Assembly: GCA_964019425.1 (NCBI GenBank)
Contig: OZ025786.1
Location: 1,550,001 to 1,614,000 of the forward strand
Source of the DNA: Flectonema sp. DT1601
Lineage: Eukaryota
Direction: 5' to 3'
Length of the DNA stretch: 64,000 bases
The notes beneath the pieces were generated by a model. It searched no databases. It was not told where the DNA came from and saw only the letters and a list, made by a program, of their open reading frames with translations. Numbering within the stretch: the first letter of the stretch is position 1; every line of letters begins with the position of its first letter. The position numbers and the translations under genes were made by a program. Positions 34,492 to 45,599 of the stretch are shown here, piece by piece.

Positions 34492-35247
34492 ATGCTAACT
34501 CGTATCACAAAAAAGTCGGCATACAACCGGCAAGTACGAAACCTTGTACTAGGCAAGATAGAAAAAGTACCAATGCCTAAAGAAGTAGCGGCACTGAGAA
34601 TGGCTTTGTACAGAAGAGATCAACAGTTGAATAAGAAAGCAGAAGATTATGAAGCGACTTGCCCACCTTTTGATGCTGAAAATATGTTGAAGGGGCTAGA
34701 ACTGTTGAGAGTTCCTACTAAGGCACAAGAGGAAGATATTGCAATGCTACGAGGACTGTTAGAAGCACAACCAAAAACAGTATCGTATGCTGTCACTTTT
34801 AGTAAAGACACTTACAAGGTAGGCCTACGAGCATTACGTAAAGTAGGAGATATTGATTCTGAAATGTCTTGGGTTGTTGGACATTATCTCACGAGTACAA
34901 TAACTTGGTATCATTTTGTTGGTCAAGGATTATATGTGATAGTAAGGAAGAGGTTTATATTTCTTACTTGTGTTTTGTTATTAGCAACTGCTGTTGGTTT
35001 TGCAGCCAAGAAAAAAGGTCACGAAATAGTTGATGCGAAACGAATTCATGAAAAAATTGAAACAGCCATCGTGAACCCAGTAGCACTTGAGAAAGCCAGA
35101 AGACAAACATCTCGCAATAACGTCCTGTCATATGCGGCACCTGTTGCCATCGCCACAATGATATTCGGATACCCAGGCACTGCTTTTGTCGGAGGCGCTT
35201 CATTTGTTGGATTGCTCATCAGCTCCATAGTCCCAGCTGATGGTTAG
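34492..35247 (+). CDS. Hypothetical membrane protein, possible mitochondrial presequence
   Basis: Basic, acid-free N-terminus MLTRITKKSAYNRQVR; hydrophobic segments in the C-terminal half. Confidence 0.7.
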   Translation: MLTRITKKSAYNRQVRNLVLGKIEKVPMPKEVAALRMALYRRDQQLNKKAEDYEATCPPFDAENMLKGLELLRVPTKAQEEDIAMLRGLLEAQPKTVSYAVTFSKDTYKVGLRALRKVGDIDSEMSWVVGHYLTSTITWYHFVGQGLYVIVRKRFIFLTCVLLLATAVGFAAKKKGHEIVDAKRIHEKIETAIVNPVALEKARRQTSRNNVLSYAAPVAIATMIFGYPGTAFVGGASFVGLLISSIVPADG

Positions 35248-35644
35248 TTAATCATTTTGTTCTATTAGAGTATGTATGCTAATCTATAGTATCGACGGTA
35301 CGAGCTGTTCGATTGCACTGCTTCGGCAGTCAAAAAAATATGTTAGACGCTGGTATCGAGCAATCCGCTTCAATCTAGCGAAGTTAGGTTTCTGTTTGGT
35401 TTTTTTTTCTTTTTTTTTTTTTCCCTACAAAAAAAATCATGTTTCAAAAAAAAGCAAAAAAATTGTGACATTCTCCAGAAACTAACATTTATTTAATTAC
35501 TAACCCTCATCAGTAAAGACAGAAATCATAATTTGACATCACTGGTGGCATTTTTTATTACAAAGTATTTAATTCGTCCTGTTCCAGTGAAAATGATAAA
35601 AAAAAAAAAAATATTCACATTTTAACAGGAATTTTTCTACACGA

Positions 35645-36556
35645 ATGGCTCCTTTATACCGAAGGAGACCTTCACTCAGTACTGTCTCTGGAAGTGAAGC
35701 GGAGGTACTAGCATTATCTATGGGACCTGGAGGAGGGAGGAGTCGTTCACTGACGTTAACAAGACCATCTCTGAATAGAATGATCCCGTTAGGGATGATT
35801 ACTAATAATGTTGAGATGCAAACTGTTAGAAAGAATGTTTTAAAACAGATTGATGCCATCCCTACGCTGATACCAGTCGTTCACATCCAGGAGAATGGTG
35901 TTATTCCAACTGCTCCACCAGAAGTTCTAAAATCAAACACACGAAGAAAACGATTGACTCTCCCTGACATCAGAGCAGTTCAAATTGAAACAAACGAGGA
36001 AAAAGAAAGATCTCTTCTCGAAGACAACGAAGTTAACCAACAAAATGAGATACTTTTAAATATGCAAGAATGTATTATAAAACTCAGCGTGAATCAACAA
36101 CAGTGGAATGCTCTTCATATAGAAGAAGAGCTCTCAAGAGATGAGATTGAAATTCAAGAAATTGGATCGCGTCCACAGCTGCGAATGCCGAAAACATCAA
36201 AGCAACAATCACTAAAAAAGAGTATCAAAGATGATCAGATAGCAACTTCTCCACGCAATGCGGATATTATTACGTTGGTGTCGGAAGCTGCTCCCACGAC
36301 TCGTTGGAATCCAACATCTTGCAGTAGAGTTGTTTCGAAACTGTCATCAGTTGGTATCTACAACGCAAATGACGTAGTTGAGAATTATGATTCCATTAAT
36401 GACTTACTTCAAAGAGCTGGTCATAAAGCAATGCATCCAAGGACTATCAGTCTGTTGTATTCTCTCTCAACTTACAACAGATCAGAAAGCATCGAATCGT
36501 CATCAATGAGTGACTTCACACAATTATACAATGTAAACCATCACATTGATTCATGA
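35645..36556 (+). CDS. Hypothetical protein
   Basis: 303-aa ORF with coding-like composition; AG acceptor-like site shortly upstream. Confidence 0.7.
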   Translation: MAPLYRRRPSLSTVSGSEAEVLALSMGPGGGRSRSLTLTRPSLNRMIPLGMITNNVEMQTVRKNVLKQIDAIPTLIPVVHIQENGVIPTAPPEVLKSNTRRKRLTLPDIRAVQIETNEEKERSLLEDNEVNQQNEILLNMQECIIKLSVNQQQWNALHIEEELSRDEIEIQEIGSRPQLRMPKTSKQQSLKKSIKDDQIATSPRNADIITLVSEAAPTTRWNPTSCSRVVSKLSSVGIYNANDVVENYDSINDLLQRAGHKAMHPRTISLLYSLSTYNRSESIESSSMSDFTQLYNVNHHIDS

Positions 36557-36857
36557 GTATCTTTTTTATTTTTTTATTTATTTCGTCATTCGCTTTACCA
36601 AACTGAAGCGTTGCGTACTTTGCTTTTGCCTGTTTTTCGTTACTTATTTTTGCATTTTTTCGCATTAGCTCCCTTTACAGGGTGACTGTTGCTCTCTTTT
36701 GTTTGATTTTCATTATTGTTGTTGTATTTTTAATTTTTTAAATTATTATTCATCCAACAATCAGGAGCAGTCATTATTTGTAATTGTTATTTTTATATTA
36801 TGAAAATAAAAATATAATTTTTCTTATTTTTATATCAACAGAGCGCGGGGTGCGCGA

Positions 36858-39800
36858 ATGGCTGCAACATGTGTAGTAAAACTAGGAAAAGGTACTGCCA
36901 TTCAAGGCAACTACCTAAGCCGAATGGATAAACAATACATGCCTAGTCCTAAGGTATACATTGAACTTGATGGAGTGAGGTCAGGAGAAAGTAAGATAAT
37001 TGAAAGAACGCGAGATCCGACATTTGGAGAAGAGATAACATGTACCGTCCCTGACAGTTGTATGAGTCTGACTTCAAAAATAACATTCAGAGTAGTGAAA
37101 TCTAATAATTACGGAGGTGAAGAGATGTGTTTAGGATATAAAACTATTCCTGTGAAAGAATCAAAGTCCTTAACAAGATTTAGAGAAGTGATGCTACTAT
37201 CAGATTCAACAAGTGAAGAACACGGTGGTACACTAGAAGTCGCATGGGTGTTTAAAGATGGCGTTGCTCAACCTCCTAAATCACCCTTAGCTGTAACCCC
37301 TCCAACTGATACTACAGTCGCAGATCCAAAGGCTGCTGCATCAGCGATAATAAAAGATATGATAAATCAAGATCAGAAGGCAGATGATGAAAAAACTCGC
37401 CTGTCGAATCTCGCAAAGATGAGAGAAGAGTTCATTAACAACAACAAACAGCAGCAGCAACAGCAACAGCAACAACAGCAGCAATCTCAGAATTATCCAC
37501 AAACCCAATCAGCGTCGCATCAGTATTCTCCAAAGGCTGGACAACAGAGGAATCCTTCGAGTCCCTCACAATCACAAATACAGCAGCAGCAGGGAGCTTC
37601 ACCTGATCAGCAGCCTTTTCAACAGTTTAATCCGTTTAGTGGTACTCAACAGCAACAGCCACCTGCATTCAACCCACTGTACACAACAGGTAGTAACCCA
37701 CAAAGTATCCCACTGGCAGGTCAACAGCAACAGCATCAACAACAACAACATCAGCAGCAGGGTTTCCGGCAGCAACAACAAGCGTTCCAGCAGCAGCAAC
37801 ATCAGCATCAGCATCAGCATCAGCCACAACAACAACAGGGTTTCCAGCAGCAGCAATTTAACCCTTTTACTGCTTCACAACAACCCGCTCAACAAGGGTT
37901 CCCGACTACTGCGCAACAGGCTGTTGGACAGCAGCAGCAATTTAACCCTTTCGCCGCGCAGCCAATAGCGACACCACCGGTGGCCACACAGCCACCGACG
38001 GCACAGCCAGTGGCCACACAGCCAACGGCGACACAACCAGTGGCCACACAGCCGGTGGGGCAGCAGCAGCAGTTCGCTCGACAGTCTCAGCAGCCGGAGA
38101 GACAACAGCAGGCTCAGCCTCAACCGACTTCTGTAGTGCAAGTACCTGTTACTGGTAGAACTGTAAATCCGTCAAATGTGTCCGATACCAGTCAGCAACC
38201 ACAACAAGTTCAGCAACCATCACAGCCATCTCCTAGAAAGGAAGTAACTGTTGAAACTGTTGTTAGGAAGTCACACGAAGCGAGTCCCAGCAATTTAGAT
38301 GAAAGACCCATCGCCGCAGTAAAGTCGACTCCACAGCGTCCTCAACGTACTCAGGAAGCAGTCTCAACACAAGTTAAAACAGCCTCTTCCTCTCCCAGAG
38401 GAACGAAGGTGGCCGAACTGGAAGCAGAGAAAGAACGAGCAGTTAGAGAAGAAAGGTACATCGATGCTCAAAAGATAAAAGAACAGATCGAAACATTAAA
38501 GAATCAGAGAACAACAACACCAGCAAGTTCTTCTTCGATATCTGTTGTGAATGTGAATGAGGGGAAGTTAGAACCAGGTTGCCGAGTTGTTGTGACTCGT
38601 CGTTTAGAATTTGCAAGCGGTCGAGTAATTGATGTTGGAGACATTGGAGAAGCGATTACCGTACCTGGAAAACCAGCTGTCGTTCAGTTTGTTGACGAAC
38701 AGGTCTGTTTTGCAGCTGAGGGTGATGAAGTTGAACCGATAATTCTAAAAGAAGGAACTCAAAGTGCACTACCAGGACTTCCTTATTCAATAGCTAAAGA
38801 AGCAGCTGTGAGACAATCAGTTTCAGAGGCAACCGTTGCCTCAGAATTTACAACAGGCTGTCCTGTTAGAAGTAAACGTCGTATTGAATTTGAAAACAGC
38901 AAAATCGTCGAAAAGGGAGCCCTCGGATATGCTGTCAAGGTACCTGGATCTGTAGCAGTTGTAAAAGTAAATGGAGTAGTGTTTTCAGCTGACCAAGGGG
39001 ATATTGAGGTACAGCAACAACAACAACAAAAACAACAACACAGAGTCACTTTTGAAGATGAAGTAAGTGACGCAATCCCTCAAACTACTGGTATTCCTTA
39101 CGTAGAGATACCTCCTCACATCTCATTGTCAAGAGGACCATCAACTAATAATAGACATTCTGTTGGAAGATCAAGGTCACCTCACTATAATGAACCTGTT
39201 GTTGTTCAAAGAGGTCCTGTTGACCAGTCGAATTCATCATTTCATATTCCTGTCTCATCATCATCATCACAACCAGGGTTTTACTTGACGATATCAACAC
39301 CTTCTGGTGTTGATTTAGTAGTTAAACAATTACATCCTCACGATACAGTCCTGAGGCTTAAGAAGTTGATAAGAACGATCAACGGTACTCCATCAAATCA
39401 ACAATCTCTAACACAAGAGTTAGTTAATGGAGGGATTTGTGTACTTGATGATAGAAGAACACTTTCTAGTTATGACATGAGAAGTGGTGATTGTTTGAGT
39501 TTGACAGTTCCATCGACATCAGCAGCGATCACCCTACGATTACCGAATGGTAAGTCTTGCAGGTTGAATAGTATTAAATTCGATGATACAGTCCTCACGT
39601 TAAAAAGAAAAGTTCACGACATGGCAAACATTCCAATCACAAGACAACGACTTCTTATTGGTAGCAGTGGAGAGGAACTCGCAGACCGTAGAACTCTCAG
39701 CGCCTCTGGTTTAGTAAACGGATGTGAAGTTATTGTCCGAGAGAAGGACAGTAAACAAAACACATCAAGGATACAAACCTTAAGACTTAGCGTTACTGAC

Positions 39801-40223
39801 TACACAGGCAGTTCTGTTAGTAAGAATTATGGAAGATCACTTCCTCTTCACTGCAGTGCTGATGATTCTGTTTCTACAGCGAAGAGATGGATTTCAGGAC
39901 GTCTTGGTGTTTCTCCAATGTCACTTGAAATGCTTCATAATGGAATGGAATTACGTGATAATCAAAAGATTAGAGACGTAGTAGCAAGTGGGACATCTGG
40001 GCTAGCTATACAATATAAATCGTCTCAGTCAGCTACGGCTGTTGGCCTTCGCAATCGCGTCAATGAAATGCGCAATTCAATGTCGATGTTATCAAAGCAT
40101 AATCGAAACCTCTCAAACACGATTGAGAACATAAACGACAACGGTCCTTATCAAAGACACGGAAGTTCCGTGTTCGACGTCTCTGCTTTGAGCAGAACGT
40201 TATCACCTGGTGCTTATCTATAG
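36858..40223 (+). CDS. C2-domain protein with polyQ region, UVR-like coil, two SH3-like repeats and three ubiquitin-like domains
   Basis: C2 (SKIIERTRDPTFGEE); Q-rich tract; EKERAVREERYIDAQKIKEQI (UVR-like); repeats GCRVVVTRRLEF/GCPVRSKRRIEF; UBL motifs DTVLRLKKLI, DTVLTLKRKV...QRLL, DSVSTAKRWI. Confidence 0.8.
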   Translation: MAATCVVKLGKGTAIQGNYLSRMDKQYMPSPKVYIELDGVRSGESKIIERTRDPTFGEEITCTVPDSCMSLTSKITFRVVKSNNYGGEEMCLGYKTIPVKESKSLTRFREVMLLSDSTSEEHGGTLEVAWVFKDGVAQPPKSPLAVTPPTDTTVADPKAAASAIIKDMINQDQKADDEKTRLSNLAKMREEFINNNKQQQQQQQQQQQQSQNYPQTQSASHQYSPKAGQQRNPSSPSQSQIQQQQGASPDQQPFQQFNPFSGTQQQQPPAFNPLYTTGSNPQSIPLAGQQQQHQQQQHQQQGFRQQQQAFQQQQHQHQHQHQPQQQQGFQQQQFNPFTASQQPAQQGFPTTAQQAVGQQQQFNPFAAQPIATPPVATQPPTAQPVATQPTATQPVATQPVGQQQQFARQSQQPERQQQAQPQPTSVVQVPVTGRTVNPSNVSDTSQQPQQVQQPSQPSPRKEVTVETVVRKSHEASPSNLDERPIAAVKSTPQRPQRTQEAVSTQVKTASSSPRGTKVAELEAEKERAVREERYIDAQKIKEQIETLKNQRTTTPASSSSISVVNVNEGKLEPGCRVVVTRRLEFASGRVIDVGDIGEAITVPGKPAVVQFVDEQVCFAAEGDEVEPIILKEGTQSALPGLPYSIAKEAAVRQSVSEATVASEFTTGCPVRSKRRIEFENSKIVEKGALGYAVKVPGSVAVVKVNGVVFSADQGDIEVQQQQQQKQQHRVTFEDEVSDAIPQTTGIPYVEIPPHISLSRGPSTNNRHSVGRSRSPHYNEPVVVQRGPVDQSNSSFHIPVSSSSSQPGFYLTISTPSGVDLVVKQLHPHDTVLRLKKLIRTINGTPSNQQSLTQELVNGGICVLDDRRTLSSYDMRSGDCLSLTVPSTSAAITLRLPNGKSCRLNSIKFDDTVLTLKRKVHDMANIPITRQRLLIGSSGEELADRRTLSASGLVNGCEVIVREKDSKQNTSRIQTLRLSVTDYTGSSVSKNYGRSLPLHCSADDSVSTAKRWISGRLGVSPMSLEMLHNGMELRDNQKIRDVVASGTSGLAIQYKSSQSATAVGLRNRVNEMRNSMSMLSKHNRNLSNTIENINDNGPYQRHGSSVFDVSALSRTLSPGAYL
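37959..38060 (+). repeat. Coding 15-bp minisatellite (QP[V/T/I]AT pentapeptide)
   Basis: About six to seven units resembling GCCAGTGGCCACACA within the C2/UBL gene. Confidence 0.8.
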
Positions 40224-41180
40224 GTTTCTATTGGAGACAATAAGTAGTAGTTTCTCTTTTTCCACCCCCTTCCTATTTTTTTTTTTTATAGTTATTAGAA
40301 CCCACCTTAACCCCTTTCCCTTCCCCAAGTTAAAAAAAAAAAAAAGTAACTGTATTCCAGACATGCTAGTTAGGGTGATTCAAAATACTGAATTGAGCAT
40401 CACCACGGTCACAGTATCCTTTTAGCAACTACTGTTTTGTGTTTACTAATAAATCAAAACAATTTATTTTCCCCAAAAGTTATTTTTTTAATAGATCTTA
40501 TCCTGTAATTCGCTAGTTTTTTTTTGTTAATGTGCACATGGTTGCCGATTTCCCCCCTTCATCCTTTTTTTTTTTTTTTTTGCATTTAACGAGTATTGTA
40601 GGAACGAAAAAAAGTATATTGGTAGCACACGTAAACCTCCTTTAGCTTAATCAGCTGTGAGTCAGTTTACAGTTTTCGTGACGCAAAACAAATTCAAGTT
40701 GGTTTTTTATTTGCAAAAAAAAAAAAAAAAAAAAAAAAAAAGCAGAAATTTATGTCCGCAGGCTTTTTTTAGTTACGTTTTCGCTTGTGCACGAGTACCC
40801 CCGCATTGGGATCAAAAAAAAAAAAAAAAAAAAGCATGTCTTTGTTTCTTTTTTTTTTCCCCCTCTTTCTTTTTTTTTCCCCTCAAAATTGTTATTACTT
40901 TAGATTATTTTAATTGTTCGGTGATTTGAAAAATTTCAGACGGTTGTGAAAGCAGAAGAGACTTTTATATTTATTTTGTGGTCTCTTCATCGGCTGTTTG
41001 CTATAGAATACTTTATCTTTGATTATGTTTTCTATACATGTGTGTAGTTATTGATGTCGTTATATTTGTTTTATAGAATACACCTTTTTAATTATAATTA
41101 TTCCCTCCCGACAGAAAAATAAGAAAAAAAACAAAACAATACTTACGGTAGTAAGATCACCGCTACTCCGACAACAAAGA

Positions 41181-42173
41181 ATGTGGACACGAATATGTTT
41201 GGTTGGGTTTGCGATTGGGATTTTTGTTATTAGATGGTTTCAATATAAGTTGTTGTACTTTCCGCAATTTGGATTTTATCCAGAGAAGATGGCTGATCCA
41301 AGTGATTGTAATGTAACAAATTGGAAGAAACTTATGATTCAAATTAAAGGCACTGATCAAAGCATCCTCGCATACCTACTCCAATATCCACCAACTGGAA
41401 GGACTCTTGATTCTAATTCTTGGAAACAACAACCGACAATAGTCTACTTCCACGGTAATGCTGGCAATGTAGGTGACAGATTACCCATAGGAACTGCATT
41501 GCAAGAGTCAGTAAGATGTAACGTTCTGATGGTTGCCTACAGAGGTTACAGAGGAAGTAGTCCAGCAGCTCCATCAGAAACTATTTTGGTTGAAGATGCC
41601 CTCGCTGCGTTAGGTGCGCTGATAGACGAAGGAGTCGACACATCGAAGGTATTCGTGATGGGAACTTCGTTAGGTGGAGCAGTGACATTAGCAACGGCGC
41701 TACGATCACCATATCCTCTGAAGGGAATTATGATTGAAAATACCTTCACGAGCATCGGTGATATGACTACCGTCCTACTTCGAGGTGCTTTACAAAAGCT
41801 CGGCATTCGAATTAATAGCAATCGCTCTCAGGCTGTTGGCAATATGAGGATTGCTTACTGGAGTACAATGTCGTACTTACCTGCTGTTGTAAACTTTTTA
41901 TGGAAAATTTTAAAACCGGTTTTTCTAAGTCTTCGGTGGCATTCTTTAGATAAAATTAAATTACTTCGCAAAGATCAGAACATCTTGTTCTTATCAGGAG
42001 CCATGGATACTTTAATCCCACCAGACCACATGCATGCTTTGTACTCAGCATGTCCTAGTGAAAGAAAAAAATTCATAACTTTTCCACGAGGAATGCACAA
42101 TAACACCTGCTGGCAACAAGATTGGCCGGAATCTGTTGGAAACTGGGTCAGAGAGTGTTTGTCAAAGGCTTAA
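41181..42173 (+). CDS. ABHD13: Alpha/beta hydrolase, ABHD13/Bem46 family
   Basis: N-terminal TM, FQYKLLY, YFHGNAGN, GTSLGG nucleophile elbow, ENTFTSI, LFLSGAMDTLIPP, GMHN. Confidence 0.85.
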   Translation: MWTRICLVGFAIGIFVIRWFQYKLLYFPQFGFYPEKMADPSDCNVTNWKKLMIQIKGTDQSILAYLLQYPPTGRTLDSNSWKQQPTIVYFHGNAGNVGDRLPIGTALQESVRCNVLMVAYRGYRGSSPAAPSETILVEDALAALGALIDEGVDTSKVFVMGTSLGGAVTLATALRSPYPLKGIMIENTFTSIGDMTTVLLRGALQKLGIRINSNRSQAVGNMRIAYWSTMSYLPAVVNFLWKILKPVFLSLRWHSLDKIKLLRKDQNILFLSGAMDTLIPPDHMHALYSACPSERKKFITFPRGMHNNTCWQQDWPESVGNWVRECLSKA

Positions 42174-42485
42174 AAAACCTCCTTAAAAAACTGAGGTTTA
42201 GTTAGTTTCCCCTTGTTTTAAGATTCGTTTCATAGCCTGATGTTCATCACCGTAAGCACCCGTTTTTTATTGTTGTTACCACTAACCTAGTTATGATAAG
42301 TGTGAAGTCTCATTATTTTTATGTGTTTAGTTTATATAAAAAAAAGAAAAAGAAAAAAACAACAACAATCTAATGGGTTCCTTACCAACACTCGATAAAC
42401 GCGAACTTTTTTCGAAAAAAAAAAAAAAAAAAAAAACAACAACAACAGAATTATTGTTACATTTCACAGGTCGCAATTATAACAA

Positions 42486-43499
42486 ATGTCAAATACTCAC
42501 ATCCAGTCATGTCAAGAAATGACAGCGGAAATGCAAACAGGGTGGTCATTAATACTACAAGGGTATATAACTATACGAAAAGGTATAACTGATGTCAGGT
42601 TGCCAAGCAATCAACTCGGAGTGTTGTCAGCATTAATGGGATACACAAAAATTTTAGTGGCATCGGTCCTAGCTCATATTGGTAATTATAAAATGATAAA
42701 GAGATCCTCAGTGAGTGATAATAATATTTTCCAATTTAACCCTCATCTACCAGAGCAGTCTAAGGGTCAACACCGACTACGACAATTGTTAGAACCAGAT
42801 ATAGATGCTGCTCCTTTCATTGGAAACTCTGTTGTTGCAGAGCAGCAAATACTTAGAGAAGTTGCTACTACTTTATCAAATGAGCTGGTCAAAGAGATTC
42901 AAGAGAGAAGTCAAGAATCGATTAGCACTCGGGTGACAATTAGCACAGAAGCAGAGGCATCTCGAAGAGAAAATGAAATGACTTTCGCACTTCAAAAGTA
43001 CATCAAAACTAACCAACTTCCGTCTGTTAAAGATGAATCTCAATTACGAAGTACGGTGAGTGAGTTGAGATCAGTGAATACGTTACTGAAGGAAAGATCA
43101 GATAGATTAGAGGCAAATTCATTGAAACTTTCAAGTGATAAATTTTCTCTCATGGCAGATCGCCAACAGCTTCTCCAACACGTTCGACAGCTGGAATCTA
43201 AAATTATAAATTTAAATCACGCTAATGGATTCTATAGAAAGGTACACAGACCTTCTTCTCGTAGCACTTCTCGTCAGCAACAAACACCTCACATGTCAGT
43301 CTCACCCATACCAAGGACTATATCTGTTGGTGGGGTTCAGATGGAACCTGAAGTCGTAGAATGGTTAAAAGAGATGTACGTCACATTAGAAAATGAAGAA
43401 AAAGAAAAATTAGAAACTGAAAACCAAATCCCAATTGGACCCGAACAACAGTCCAAGACAGGATTTGCTGAATACGTCGCATCTCGACGAGCTTCGTAA
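42486..43499 (+). CDS. Hypothetical coiled-coil protein
   Basis: 337-aa ORF with a heptad-like central region. Confidence 0.7.
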   Translation: MSNTHIQSCQEMTAEMQTGWSLILQGYITIRKGITDVRLPSNQLGVLSALMGYTKILVASVLAHIGNYKMIKRSSVSDNNIFQFNPHLPEQSKGQHRLRQLLEPDIDAAPFIGNSVVAEQQILREVATTLSNELVKEIQERSQESISTRVTISTEAEASRRENEMTFALQKYIKTNQLPSVKDESQLRSTVSELRSVNTLLKERSDRLEANSLKLSSDKFSLMADRQQLLQHVRQLESKIINLNHANGFYRKVHRPSSRSTSRQQQTPHMSVSPIPRTISVGGVQMEPEVVEWLKEMYVTLENEEKEKLETENQIPIGPEQQSKTGFAEYVASRRAS

Positions 43500-43597
43500 A
43501 AAAACTTTTATTTATTTACACTTTAATAACCACTTCTTAGTAATTTTGTTCGATTTTTTTTATGTTTTATTATTCTTTTTTCAAAAACAACAGGCTA

Positions 43598-45085
43598 ATG
43601 TCCGGCTGGACTGTCGTTGGCGACAGGAATCACTACAGCAATAAAAATGATAACAGCGATAATAAAAAGAAGAAACCGAACGTTAAAAAGACTGTCAATG
43701 AAGTGTCTCAAAACGGTAATAATGCCAGAGGGGTGAAGTGTAATGCGAAGACGCCGCCTTCTGCATCATCAACACCACCGTCGCGATCACTAATTGCGAA
43801 AGAGACTGACTCTGATCCTGTTAAGCAACTAACTGATGACAAGAAAAAACTACCTCCTTCAGATCTAGTTTCAAGCACAACTCTCAACGCTTTGCAAAAT
43901 GGTAAGGGATCACATCCATCCAGTGAAAAGAAACCTTCAAAAACAGAATGCCCAGAAAACTCAAAAAACAATACGAAGAAGACTGAGAGTTACAAGTTTG
44001 TTCTCAACATGAAACACACTGGATATCAGTTAAAGGGAATGACCAACAGATCTAATGACTGTTACAGTAACAGTGTACTACAGGCGTTATTGTCTTGCGC
44101 ACCTTTCTTAAATGCAATAAAATCATTACCAAAACTATCACACACGAATCAACCGATCCTTTCAGCTGTTCGCACAGTTGTTTATGGGTTTAAAGCAGGG
44201 TCTTTTTCTAGTGGTTCAGTAGATGGGTTGCCAGTTATTCGTGCGATGGCGAGTTGTTTTTCAGAAGCAGCGACGGGACGTCAAGCAGATGCATCTGAAT
44301 ACTTAGTCAGTTTGTTTGATGCTCTCAGTAAGGAATTAGCTTCTCTAATCAGTGATAGCTCATCGGATAAAAAAAAGAAACCACACGGACAAAACGGATG
44401 GGAAACCGTTGCTGCTTCCGGAACTAAAAGTATGGGAGTTGAACATACCACTGGAGAGAGACATGACTCAAATCCGATTGATGCGATTTTTGGAGCATCG
44501 GTCTCGAGTAGGTTAGCAGAAAAAGGTTCAAAACCATCAGTTTGTCTACAGCCTTATCATATCGTACCTCTTGACGTCTTCGATTCGAGTGAGTCTTCTA
44601 TTGAGTCTTGTTTGTTGAACTTTACGAAACCTGAAATTGTTGAATCTCGTGGTGGTCAATCCGCAACAAAACAATTCGTGTTCTCTAAACTCCCTCCAGT
44701 TTTAGTTATTTGCATCAAGAGATGGTCGTCTGAAGGAAAATCATCTCTCAAAATAGGAATCAACAAAAAGTTAACTATTCATCCTTCTTCAACTGTAACT
44801 CGTAAGAAAACTGATTACGATCTTGTCGCAGCAACATGTCATCGAGGAGCCACCATGAACTCGGGTCATTACACTACGGTATTACATAAAGGGGATGTTT
44901 GGTATGTTTTTTAAGATCTGCGGGTTTTTTTTCTTTTTTTTTAAATATTATTTTTCAAAAAACCCAAAACAAACCAACAAAAAAACAGGAAACATATTGA
45001 CGATTCCCACGTGAGTTCTATATCTGGTATTAATTCAGTTGCTGGAGAACCTTATCTTTTATTTTATCAAAAATGTAGCAAGTAA
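43598..45085 (+). CDS. Ubiquitin-specific protease (C19 family, USP10-like); intron 44902-44988
   Basis: Cys box GMTNRSNDCYSNSVLQAL, QADASEYL, His box HRG...GHY. Splicing restores WKHIDD...PYLLFY. Confidence 0.9.
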
Positions 45086-45599
45086 TACAGACACGGTGAA
45101 TACAATCCTAGCCTAATACACTTCGTGGCCACTGTGGTTTCTTTTTTTTTCTTTTTTTTCAGTCTTCGTCTTTGTAATGCCGCTGCAGCTGTCAATTCTA
45201 ACCAATCACCCGCTCCTGTACGCGTATTTTGTTATTATTTTTCAGGTTGGAAGGAAAAAAAAAAAAAAAAGAATTTTCTTTTATAAAAAAAAAACAATAA
45301 TTAGCATAATCATATTCATTCGCAACTTTTTTTTTTTTTTTTGAATTTTTATTTTCCTAACTGAGAATGTGTTGATGAGGTGCTACCCATCAATGAAGGC
45401 TTTAGACATTCACTGCATGTAATTACATTTCTGGTGTGAGTCTTTTCGTCTTTCACCGACAGGCAGCCATCCTCTCTTTTGATATTCTCCTGAATTGATT
45501 GATATTACGACCATTACAATATATATTTGTTGAAAAAAAACTGGGAAAAGCAGAACTTTTGTTATAGTTTTTTTTTTAACAAAAAAAAAAAACAACAAT

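Noticed and set aside
42373..42485. Upstream ATG exon for the 42486 gene
   Set aside because: No GT donor, and an in-frame TAA lies two codons before ATG 42486.
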